Of a stretch of DNA of 64,000 nt, positions 19,201-27,500 are shown piece by piece. Both the position numbers and the translations under genes were made by a program. Every line of letters begins with the position of its first letter. Position 1 is the stretch's first letter. Location of the stretch: positions 1 to 64,000 of IMG/VR virus record IMGVR_UViG_3300046804_004946; one strand, written 5' to 3'. The notes below the pieces were generated by a model. The model made no database searches and was not told where the DNA came from. It worked only from the letters and a program-made list of their open reading frames with translations. The DNA is from an uncultured virus (IMG/VR IMGVR_UViG_3300046804_004946). Taxonomy: Duplodnaviria > Heunggongvirae > Uroviricota > Caudoviricetes.

Positions 19201-19938
19201 GGATATGCTGGTCTTGGTATTGGAAATAGTATTTTATTAAAATTAAGATCCGTTTCTTCCATAGGAGGTACAGATGCAATAATATCTGCAACAGTATCAG
19301 CAGCTGGAACAATTACTACACCAATTTATATTTCAAATTCTGGATATGGATATACATATTCAAATCCACCAGAAGTTATTGCACCCATTTCCGCAATACC
19401 AAACGAGTTAGTTACTGATATTAATTTTGTACAAGGTTTTTCTGGAATAATTACTGGAATAACAACTTGCCCAGGTATAGGGACAAACTTGGCACTTAAG
19501 TTATTTACTTCGTATGATCAAAACATAAATGTAAGTAATTTAATTGTTGGATATCCAATATATGTATTTGATACTTCTATTGGAAATGGAATAACTTCAA
19601 TCAATTCAAATGAATTGCAAATTGTTTCAATTGGTAATACTTATTGCGATAATATATACCAAGTTCATCAAATAACAAATTTGAATCTTAAAGGAGAAAT
19701 AATATGCAATATATCAGATAAAACTTCAGTAATAGGTCTCAAAACAACTGGATCTTCTTTAAAAGGAAGATTTTCTTGGGGTAAATTTAGTTCTGTGAAA
19801 AGATCAGAAACTAATCCATTATCTATAGATTTATCTAATTATACTGCATCTTCTGGGTTGTCTTCATTCCCAACAATCCAAAGAAGAGGTTATGGGTTAA
19901 GAGAATTGGGAGGATTGGTAAAAATATTCTTGGATTAA
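7225..19938 (+). CDS. gp7: Very large baseplate wedge initiator, gp7-like structural protein (4237 aa)
   Basis: N-terminal QIPEFI..F.EFLKQYY and FYQSKGT; DNDYYQNLSYSIKS..VHPVG motif; lies between gp6 and gp8. Confidence 0.8.
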   Translation: MISTNFESRIKVNEIISNQIPEFILDENPKFLEFLKQYYISQEFEGGPIDIIENLDQYLNFDFLNDKISQEKITLTSDITSTSDEINLSSIKGFPKKYGLVKIEDEIITYESISGNTLLGCSRGFSGISSLNDLSNQEELVFTKSKSSSHKSGVEATNLSSLFLKEFYKKLKYLFAPGFEDFEFSPELDINNFISNIKSFYQSKGTDESIKILFKVLFNQTPKIVNLEDFLIKPSAGDYLRRNIVVCDLITNNCDPFKLVGQQIKSVDGTFSGPISKIDISTKNNKTVYKIHLFYGYTDDNLIEGNFKITPKTKITNNISIGSSTITVDSTIGFKDSGKFVCDGQEITYENKSVNQFYGCSGVLNEIKPGKDLYFKDYIVYGYENGDETKKIEFVVIGSLSSISGIENSILLSENDVVEVGEIGSDIRYDVDTKTLKEYAFSSWIYNIKSSYNIQKFSVGNPVITLYENTHPTSLKVGDFVDILLRDTEQKVLDNVVVTAIENNKITLDTPIFGILPQQKIDIRRNYEFSSSEYIPIKYPQVISNVQNTYISKQNEMYVASNSLPSRQITLDIKQSVKTINSLKDSDEFFDGLLGGKYTILSFDNEVPFLTGDIVKYFYTTNSPISGLLNYSEFIVEVLPQKNKIRLYSAASFLPVKDFLRFDKNTSFGTHRFVLVQHSSQILLPSNSLKKFSINKNFNLLEKNIETLPGVVGTLINGVDIINYKSTDKVFYGPIEKVDVSNQGFNYDVISPPKAELTSPNTGIGTTALLNLIVSGNFKDVFVDPQQFGIERVISISAKGGNGKGAVFDPIIKKQYREIIFSAQTTDFGGAINPSNDTFSFNSPHALLDGQKIVYNTNGNLGIGIGSFGGSNLDSGKYLINGGIYYPKVINSNSIQIYTSLDDLTSGINTVGLTTMNTYGIHKFRLYDPIKVLSYVRIVNPGEGYTNKVLKIKPVGIITQTDTITFKNHTFNDGDLINYSFEGQQINGLDVSKKYYVLKVDSDNFKLSDGGLKEQNENENDKLNYIKRKSVNINSTGDGYQIFSYPPIELSLTAEYIGITSEVKLTPIVRGNVVGAYLYEPGSDYGSTALNLNINPIVSIKKGFGAQLKPLIINGKIVSVQVQNKGTDYDKNVDLEIIGSGLGCKLRAEVNNGLIESIIVLNEGAGYDNNTNIIVSTPGQGAVLVPSIRSLTVNDYYRYPGEFYLENKEKTGLTYAINGYYSNREGLEFKDPDENTLHSKIIGWSRDGIPIYGPYGYEDPSNFSSQIVRLKSGYTLNPEKVYNRPPLQDLPSGFFVEDYSFTNSGNLDIHNGRFSKTPEFPNGVYAYYSSTKLDVSTAAKTEIVPEFPYFIGNSYRSDPESNFILDQNADLDDENLLRNTFPYRVNREFSSNYFLPKNFGLKQRSEIKSVETGSVDGLIIQVPGEGYSNGDKLIFENQGTSGVGALAVIEKVFNRSEIESVNTTYNLYENVEFTWENSNTVIAKILPSHNLLDQESIQITGLSTSSVKNLAGNHKIEVTKQSAVLLRELNSAPNVGVVTDIYLDRRLSNVSVGSSVLINSEKFMILNIFENNILRCMRSQTGISHSISSLVEEIPCIFKINLDSKYFKSKNKSIVYFNPNDSVGVGTLEGKETLITQYYGDFSKKVSIPTRSIYIPNHPFNTNDLIKLSSSQSVGSASILVSNTSSGFEFGLPPEINEDSYLYVINKSKDFIGIVTQIGLTTTTSGLYFASNGSNKYDYKIESVLNSDEILTGTVSKIKATINTYTNHNIQNGEFIDLKINPNLSGISTLKYNPDFNVLLVNPEVFGSSSVDISKNTITIPSHRFETGQKVFYNTSSYNSGGISTGIYYINKVDSNKIKLCETNLDAISFPVNEINIQNSGGSSQEISKVNPQILSIRNNDVIFDLSDSSLNGYEFDLFYDKNFNKNFVSTASTSQFNVSRSGTIGVNGELIVNYDDKIPSFYYSLIKDHKPIFSNEKESEYQVIFVDSFYNQQNSVVYQSSNTSFSISLKKIPESLEYTNQNSKIEYTTSSKNTTGPIASVKLLSGGSGYKKIPRIVGVDTSFSGRIPGKNAYINATTKSIGKYKSIEISNDGFDYPSDKTLRPSANLNNLLILSDNEEISEINVVSGGKNFLSKPNLVLVDTLTRQPVNSGILELSLNGSSIGSVKIISRPKGLRSAVHRLYTVNNSNGVTIIGVTTCIDGIVHALVRTPPIYGFVTPPFNVGDYVFVENVQKGAVEDEFGNISFPGDGYNSSDHGYNFFKVTDFINDPGNAVLKYDISPYTLNPGVSVLSQSTYSSAINEKSYPIFDIVQIKSKFSDGESLYINNIPSNIEIRNASSDSLNVSKTSQEIKIFDKVKGTFSNSQATVTDIFTYDARFNYSSSSKSKSGWITDVGKLNLDTQALPDNDYYQNLSYSIKSDVEYDRYSEALNKLVHPVGTKSFGEIGFSSGGKTSIAGTSSLSTVLNLDNQKRVDIIKNYDIAFDYEATQYFSSNVRLLNKKLSNYIECKSNRVLQIDDISNSFSSSEFNKDEFLDSVTYDITDFYSKFLVQVSNIKNLESDKVSYQVSDLVVLNDFKNTYTLNKSNIFTNFDLGYFEGKLNNVGDPALVFNPTDPYETSYNIKIYREYFSQPNITGFGITNYGFLRLFSESREVKGEVGFSTSVFRALSADYHTIQSSSLIINTKDYSLNYYEVVGTYDGTNTHLAEYYFDSSQYFGGYSSGYIGTFGLTVNSGVISLSFFNNTSDKLIIKNKTVAIGKPELGEGIHRFLVEDQIPGSERTSRIESNYNLTTGISTITSFDSATESLLKSLIRVSIGSTIAIYQVIVISDQTYTKLQSDPFITVGESSGIGTFSTNNDGSLVNLVFHPHNKFLESAITIQSVDQYIYAEYDEFNIPEILSYGASRERIYVNKYGSINNYGKDRLDFDLNWNRTPIFEKVFNPKNTKQLNLETGVITIKNHFFEDNEELIYTPSSTLVGVSATAIGIGSTLVGGTIFTGDTIVGFKTITGIASTDGIITTANNIIQGLDIPNNTSVISIGITYSYFVGNVSSGSSVITGVANTSILKVGSGIYSDDNTQYGTIISIGINSITSSLASLPSGSEKVYYSSNLNYSATLSNVSTGTSFRNNFQVGIITTICPSTVYAKKIDENNFSITGVKNGIGFTFTNFGGGNYHKFEMKKKLEKTVLTVNGVLQTPLSYTPLSKTLSNNLGGLVSAGTSFISLSGISSIQPVDILKVDDEYMTVINVGFGTTVVGPISGLGTFALCNVNRGSLGSISTTHTDNTDIRIYKGSYNIVGNKIWFSEAPDGKGNNALFGDNYLPLPKSTFNGRVYLRKDYTTNRIYDDISLNFTGVGRTFSLYSGGKVVSDAVPGNNILILNDIYQTPDTTNNTNNNYEILTSGGISSVRFKGITLPNTSESFTVDYDINQNDLPKGGVLVSLAFTGGHGYAPLIGVPSDVLDVKVGAGGSIKSIGFTTSIIVGLAVTGNIGVTTNIVTGINTDSIKVNQKVMNILNKYVDEIKFVPQYVNLKVPNITNILQFDTLVSSVGINSITLSKLTTNTSSLTTSFGFDFGDEFRGSGYYSSVSVSIADTSHVGLSATITANVGSGGSITSFTIINGGTGYSNPIPVISDPSYQNLSIKGLFRPSIGSTTKTGIGLSITVVASPSERVGIGSSYSYISDFIITKPGYSFELGDVFELNGLTTAAGISKPLEPLTFTVTEVKADTFGAWQVGEFDFVDTTKPLQNGVRTRFPLIKNNKLLSFERSKTDPAAAIIDFSTILLIFINGVLQEPGVSYEYNGGTTFKFFEAPKYEDNVSIFFYRGTAGIDSVEINVYPTIKPGDSIQINKNEGLPFTIGQDPRVISFITSSDSFETGIYLGEGVDELNPKPMDLIPQKTDLVTNLITQYKDRDSLESQIFPTAKIIKSVSNSDTEIFVDNAQFFKYEENQFDLSIPNFNGLIVQNGSPISAALTATVSLSSTISKITVNSGGSGYAGLGIGNSILLKLRSVSSIGGTDAIISATVSAAGTITTPIYISNSGYGYTYSNPPEVIAPISAIPNELVTDINFVQGFSGIITGITTCPGIGTNLALKLFTSYDQNINVSNLIVGYPIYVFDTSIGNGITSINSNELQIVSIGNTYCDNIYQVHQITNLNLKGEIICNISDKTSVIGLKTTGSSLKGRFSWGKFSSVKRSETNPLSIDLSNYTASSGLSSFPTIQRRGYGLRELGGLVKIFLD

Positions 19939-19971
19939 ATTATAAATAAAGATAACATAAACGAATTATAA

Positions 19972-21534
19972 ATGTCGGCAATAGTTACTGATCAATTTAG
20001 AGTTTTAAATTCTGAAAATTTTGTAAAGTCTGTACAAGACCCAAATAATTCTTACTATGTATTTTTAGGTTTGTCAAATCCATCTTCGGTAGGTTTTGGT
20101 AGAACTTCTAATTGGGATTCAAGTATTCCTTCACCAACTGATAATTTTAATTATTTAAATCATGTAAAAGATACTATTCTTTTTGGAAAAAGAATAACAA
20201 GTGATAATGTTAGAAGATTAGTAAGAAAAGTTCAGTGGACAAAAAATTCAATTTATGAAATGTATCGCCATGACTATTCAGTACAAAATCCATCTCCAAA
20301 AACAAGTTCATATAGATTATATGATGCAAATTATTACGTAGTTAATAAAGACTATAGAGTTTATTTGTGTGTAGATAATGGATCTAAATCAACAAATAGA
20401 TTAGGAAATCCTTCTCAAGATGAACCTTTATTTGTTGATTTAGAACCATCTAGAGCAGGAGAAAGTGGTGACGGATATTTATGGAAATATTTGTTTACTG
20501 TTTCTCCTAGTGATATAGTTAAATTTGATTCTATTGAATATATACCAGTTCCGGAAAATTGGGCCACCACAACCGATGCCGATATTAAGGCAATTAGAAG
20601 TAGTGGAGATTCTTTAATAAATGAAAACCAAATAAAAAAAGTTTATATAGAAAATCCAGGAACTGGTTACAATTCTTCAACAGAATCTTTAGACATAATA
20701 GGTGATGGAACTGGGGCAAAAGTTATTGTTGATGTTATTGGTGGAAAAATAGATAATGTTTTAGTTTCTAATGGTGGAAAAAATTATACTTATGGTAGAG
20801 TTGATTTATCTCCAATAAATCAAGGTGCTACTTCATTTGCACATTTAATACCAATAATACCACCATCAAGAGGGCATGGGCATGACATATATACTGAATT
20901 AGGATGTGAAAGAGTTTTAATATATGCAAGATTTGATGACTCTACGAAAGATTTTCCTTCTGATATTAAATTTGCACAAATAGGGATTCTTAAAAATCCA
21001 ACCATAGCTGGATCTGCATCATCAATATACTATGATACTACATTTTCAAATTTATATGCGCTGAAATTAAATGAATCTACTGTAGCATCTCCTCAATTAG
21101 CAATTCCAGGAGCAAAAATATTTCAATCAATATCTGGAGTTGGTACTGCAGTTGGTTATATTGCTTCTTATGATTCCGAAACAAAAGTTTTAAAATATTT
21201 TACAGATAGATCTTTATATTTTAATGATTTATCTTATGACCAAAAAGATTCTAAGAGTGTATTTACACAATCTTCTGCTATTGGATTTTCCACATCTGGG
21301 GGATTAATAACAACACAAGAAGGTTTTAGTGCTGCTATTGATGCATCATTTCAAGAAAGTGATTTATTCGTCTCAAATTCAAAATCAATTGATTTAAACA
21401 CAAATTTTGTAAATGGAATTGCTTCACCAGAAATAAATAGAAGATCTGGAGAACTAATTTATATTGACAACAGACCTGTTGTTAATAGAAATCCAAAACA
21501 AAAAGAAGACATTAAAATCGTACTGGAATTTTAA
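19972..21534 (+). CDS. gp8: Baseplate wedge subunit gp8
   Basis: MSAIVTDQFR, YEMYRHDY, DGYLWKYLF, C-terminal EDIKIVLEF; late promoter at 19941. Confidence 0.92.
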   Translation: MSAIVTDQFRVLNSENFVKSVQDPNNSYYVFLGLSNPSSVGFGRTSNWDSSIPSPTDNFNYLNHVKDTILFGKRITSDNVRRLVRKVQWTKNSIYEMYRHDYSVQNPSPKTSSYRLYDANYYVVNKDYRVYLCVDNGSKSTNRLGNPSQDEPLFVDLEPSRAGESGDGYLWKYLFTVSPSDIVKFDSIEYIPVPENWATTTDADIKAIRSSGDSLINENQIKKVYIENPGTGYNSSTESLDIIGDGTGAKVIVDVIGGKIDNVLVSNGGKNYTYGRVDLSPINQGATSFAHLIPIIPPSRGHGHDIYTELGCERVLIYARFDDSTKDFPSDIKFAQIGILKNPTIAGSASSIYYDTTFSNLYALKLNESTVASPQLAIPGAKIFQSISGVGTAVGYIASYDSETKVLKYFTDRSLYFNDLSYDQKDSKSVFTQSSAIGFSTSGGLITTQEGFSAAIDASFQESDLFVSNSKSIDLNTNFVNGIASPEINRRSGELIYIDNRPVVNRNPKQKEDIKIVLEF

Positions 21535-21540
21535 ATTAAA

Positions 21541-24500
21541 ATGGCAAAAACAAATTTAAACCTATCACCATATTTTGATGATTTTGATGCAACAAAAAAT
21601 TTTTATAAGGTTTTATTTAAGCCTGGATATCCAGTTCAAGCCAGAGAATTAACAACTTTACAGTCTATACTTCAAGATCAAATTTCTGCAATAGGAAAAA
21701 ACTTATTCAAAGATGGATCTGTTGTAGTTCCTGGAGATGTTTCTTATGATTCAAATTATTATGCCGTTAAAATAAACCCTATTCATTTGGGATTAGATGT
21801 AGAATTTTATTATAAAGAATTAATAGGTAAAAGATTATTGGGAGATGTATCTCAAGTTACTTGTGTAGTTCAAAACGTTTTATCTAGGAATGATTCTATA
21901 GAAAATGTTACTACTTTATATGTCAAGTATTTAAAATCAGATTCATCTTTTAATAATTCTGGATTCTCTGATGGTGAGACCTTAACTTTATTAGATAATA
22001 TTAAATACGGAAATACTACTATTACATCTGGAAATACAATAGCATCTTTAATTGAATCAAATTCAACTTCTACAGGATCAGCAGTATCTATATCTCCTGG
22101 AATTTATTATATAAGAGATTTTTTTGTAACTGTAGATAAAGATACTATAATTTTAGATCAATATTCAAATACACCTTCATACAGAGTTGGATTAAGTATT
22201 TCTGAAGAATTTATAAGTGCTTATGATGATAATACACTATATGATAATGCTAAAGGATTTACTAATTACTCAGCTCCTGGAGCAGACAGATTTAAACTAA
22301 AAGTTAAATTATCAAAACAACTTTTAAATGATTATGATGATACTAATTTTATTGAAATTCTTAGAATTACTAATGGTGTAGTCAAAAAAATAAAAGACTC
22401 TACAGATTATTCTTTAATAAAAGAATATATTTCTAAAAGAACATATGAACAATCTGGTAATTTTTCATTAAGTCCATTTTTTGTGGATGTTGCAGATTCT
22501 TTAAATAATTTAACAGATCAAAAAGGTTTATTTACTAGTAATGAAAAAACTGAGCAAAATAATACTCCAAGAGAAGATATATTTTGTGTAAAAATTTCTT
22601 CAGGTAAAGCATACGTTAATGGAAATGATATAGAAAAATCATCAACAACAATTTTAGATTCAAGAAAAACTAGATCTTTAAATGTTTCTCCACAATCTCC
22701 CATTTTATTTGAAATGGGAAATTTGATAGTTTTAAATAATGTATCTGGATGTCCTGCAATAGGAGTTGGAAATACTTATACTGTTTCATTTTTTAATAAA
22801 AGAAAATCAAGCAATACTGCAGGATCCGGAACTACTATAGGGAAAGCAAGAGTATACTCTTTTTCATTGAGTGATGATACATATAAAAATGAATCTTCCA
22901 GATGGAATTTATATGCATACGATGTACAAACGTATACTAAATTATTATTAAATACATCTACTAATAATACAGTAAATGTATCTTCATATGTTAGAGGATT
23001 AAGTAGTGGAGCTTCTGGATATGTAGCAGAATCTCCAAATAATAGTAATATTTTATACATTTATCAAACATCTGGTTCTTTTATAAAAAATGAACAAATA
23101 ATTATTGATTCAAATAAAGATTTAATTAGAACTGTATCAGATATTAAAGTTTATGGACCCCAAGATATAAAATCAGTATATCAAGATTCATCTATTTTAT
23201 CTGCAAGTGGATTAAGCACAGATTTTTCTGCCGACATATTTTTACAAAAATCTATTTCTCAAAATTTTAATCCATCAGACACTATAACAATTAATCCAAA
23301 TTTATCTGGAATTAGTACTGTTACTTCCTCATCTGGACTTAGTTTTGTTGGTATAAAAACAGAATCTATTATTAGATATCAAGTTTCTGGTTTATCAACC
23401 GAAACTTATAATAGGGTTGTGTATGTTAGTGAAGATGGATTAAAAATGCACGTTGAAGCAATTCCAACTGTAAATAATGTATGTGTAGGTTCTTTGCCGA
23501 CAGGAAGTTCAGTTACCTCTACATTTTCTTTGGGCGAATCTACAATTAAAAATAAAGAAAAATCAAATTTATACGTCAATTTAACTAATAAAAATATATC
23601 AAATGTTGATTTATCTTCTTCAAAAATAACGTTAGTTAAACAAGTGTCCCAAAAAAGTACGTCTTCTTTAGGACAATTATCTTTAGGAGTTTCTGGAGAT
23701 TTTTCAATAACTAACGGATATTTTGAACCTTTTTCTCCTGGTAGGTATTCTATTTTTTATAGCGACGGATCAGTAGAAAAATTAAATTCTGAAAAAGTTG
23801 AGATTACAAACAATGGATCTGATATTACTTTTTATGGTTTAAAAGCATCACAATCAGCAAACGTAACTGTTGTATGTACAATAACTAAAAATTTAATTAG
23901 AAGCAAGTCAAAAATTTATAAAAGAAGTCAACAATTATTAATAGATAAAACTTCTTTACAAATTTCTAATGGTATTAGTGGATTAACTACTAGTAATTAT
24001 TACGGAACTAGAGTTGAAGATAATGAAATATGTTTAAATGTTCCAGATGTTTCTAAAATTGTATGTATTTATGAATCCACAAATTCAGGCGTACCAGTAT
24101 TAGATAAATTAATTTTTCCAACAGAATCTGTAACAAATGCAATTATTGGAGAAAAAATATATGGATCTGTTAGTGATGCTGTTGGTCAAATAGTTAGTAT
24201 TCAAAGTTCAGAAATAAATTTTGTATATTTAAATTCTAATAAATTTCAAACTAACGATACTATTTCATTTGAAGAATCTAAAATATCGGTTTCTTTATTG
24301 AATGTTTATAAAGGTTCGTATATAGATAAAACAAATGATTTTATTTTGGATAAAGGGCAAAAAGATCAATATTATGATTATTCAAAAATAATAAGAAATG
24401 TAGGAACAAATTCCCCGTCAAAAAAATTACTAATAATTTATAATTCTTTTGAAGTTTCTGAATCTGATTCTGGAGATTTATATACTGCAAATAGTTATAA

Positions 24501-27500
24501 TACAAATAATTTTAAAAATGATATTTCCTCATTAAAAGATTCTGTTAGATCTTCTGATGTTTTAGATTTTAGACCAAGAGTATCAAAGTTTACATCATTA
24601 TCTTCTTCACCATTTGATTTTTCTAGTAGAATTTTTTCGTCTAATCAATCATCACAGATAGTTGTTGCTCCAAATGAATCCACTACAGTTTCCTATTCGT
24701 ACTATGTTCCCAGGATAGATAAACTTATTTTAAATAAAAATGGAAATTTTCAATTAATAACTGGTTTTGCATCTTTAAATCCACAAGAACCAGCATCGGT
24801 AGATGATGCTATGGATATTGCTAAAATAGAAATTCCAGCATATGTTTATAAAATAGAAGATATTAAAGTATCTTTAATTGAAAATAAAAGATATACTATG
24901 AAAGATATTACCAGATTAGAAGATAGAATTCAAAAATTAGAAAATTTTGCTTCATTAAGTTTATTAGAATTGGATGTCAAATCTTTACAAATTACGGATA
25001 CTCAAGGATTAGGATTATCCAAATATAAGTGCGGGTTTTTTGCAGATAGTTTTGCGAATTCTACCATGGTAGATTATAACAATAAAGATGCAAAAGTTTC
25101 TATAAATTCTGAACTAGGTGAAATGAGTACAGATGTTTCTATTCATTCTTTAAAAACTCAAATACTACCAGCACAAAACATTAACTTAGAAACTGCAGAT
25201 TACTCTTCTGATTTAAATTTAGTTGATTCTAACATTAAAAAAAGCGGAGATTTAATTACATTGAATTATTCCGAACTTGAGTGGGGAGATTTATCGCAAC
25301 CTTTTGCAACAAATTCCGAAAATATTAATCCAAACGGATTATCAAATCACAATGGATACTTAAAACTTCGTCCATCTGTAGATTTATGGGTTAAAACTTT
25401 AAATCCATACAAAGGTTCATTTATAAGATCTCAAAGTGAATGGACTAATAATTATCTTTCTAATTTATTTTTAAATGGTGAATATAGTAAAAAAATGAGA
25501 TCTAGAAATGTTGAATTTTTAGCATCTAATTTATTTCCATTAACTAATTATACTTCATCTTTTGATGGTTCTAGTTATATTAACATAATCCCAAAATTAT
25601 TAAAAATATCAATGACAACTGGAATTTTTAATATTGGAGAAACTATAGAAGGATATGAAGGCAATGTAAAAGTTTTTTCGGCACGTTTGTGCTCACCAAA
25701 TCATAAGTATGGTCCTTATAATAGTCCTTCAGAAACTTATACTTTAAACCCATATCAACAAACAGAAATTTTATCTGATTATTCACAATCAACAACAGTT
25801 TTAAATATAGATACATATTCTTTATCAGACAATGCTGATGGAAGATTTTATGGTTATGTTAGAAGTGGATTATTGATAGTCGGAAAAACAAGTGGGGCAC
25901 AGTGCGTTGTTAGTTCCCAATCTTTAGTTACAGATAATTTTGGAGATTTGATTGGTTGTTTCTTTGTTAGCAATCCATTTTCTCAACCAGAACCATCTTC
26001 TACTTTTAATGTAGGTGATAAGACGTTTAAATTAGAATCATCATATACACAATTAAATAAAAGTACATGCGAATCTGTTCTTTACTTATCAGAAAATTCT
26101 AATTTTTCTAACAATAGTATTATTAGAAGACCTGTTTTGATAAATTCTTCTGCATCTTCAAGAAGTTATTTATCTCAAACTTTTAAAGTTGATAATACTG
26201 GAGGATTTTTAACTTCTATTGATTTGTATTTTAAAGAAAAAGATGCTTCTGAAAAAGTAACAGTAGAAATTAGGGAGGTCGATCTTGGGGGATCTCCAAC
26301 AAATAAACTATTGCAGGATTTTGCACGAGTTCAGTTACCTCCAAATAAAATTAATATTTCTCCAGATGGTTCAGTTGCAACTAATTTTAAATTATCTTCA
26401 CCATTATATTTGGAAAGAAATAAACAATATTGTTTATCAGTATATTCTCCATCTTCTTCATCATATTCTGTTTGGACTGCAATATCTAATAATCCAACAG
26501 TTACAACTCAAAATTATCCACAATCTGAACAAGTCATATATTCAAATCAATTTGTAGGCGGAAGTTTATACAAACCACAAAATGGAAATTCTCCAGTTCC
26601 ATCTTTACTCCAAGATTTAAAATTTAAATTATACAAAGCGCAGTTTGTTTCTTCTGGAACAGCATTTTTTACTAATCCAATTTTATCTAACACTTCTGTA
26701 GAAGAATTTTATGATCAAAATATTGAAACTTTAGTTGATAATCCAATAACAGGATTTCCTAGAAAACTTATTATTGGTATTACCACTTCATATTTAAATA
26801 ATTTTTATAATTTTGGTAAAAGAATTAACTTTACTGGTGGAAATTATGGATTTATTGAAAAATCTGGTGGAAAAATATCAGGAGTAACAACAACTAATGT
26901 TGGGGCTGGATATTCAAATGGAACTTATTTAAATGTTCCATTATATACCATATCTGGATTTGGTCCAAATGTATTTAATGCTACTGCAAATTTAACTTTT
27001 ACTGATAATAAACTTTCTAATACAGTTATAGTTCAAGGTGGAAGTGGATATTCTCCAGGAGATTTACTTGGAATATCTACAGGTTATAATCCACAAGGTT
27101 TTGGAGCACTTATATCAGTTTCTGATATAAATGGAACTGATACTTTATTATTAACAAATCTTCCAGGTGGTGATGTTCCTTTAGGTAATAACTTAATTCA
27201 TTATGAAAATAATATTGCAGTTTCTTTGGCAGGAACAACTGTTATAAGAACTCCAGTAATCTACAATGATTTATATAGCGGAAACACTTTTAAAGTTGAG
27301 CACTATAATCATGGAAATCATGCAAATAATAATTATATAACAATAGGAGGAGTTTTTCCAGATACTTCTCCTGAACCATTAATATCTAACATTACATCAG
27401 CATCTAATCAAATATCAATAGCAAACACTTCATCCTTCTATACATATGATAACTCGGCAGTTGTTGGATTTAACACTGGTTATGTATTAATTAATAATGA

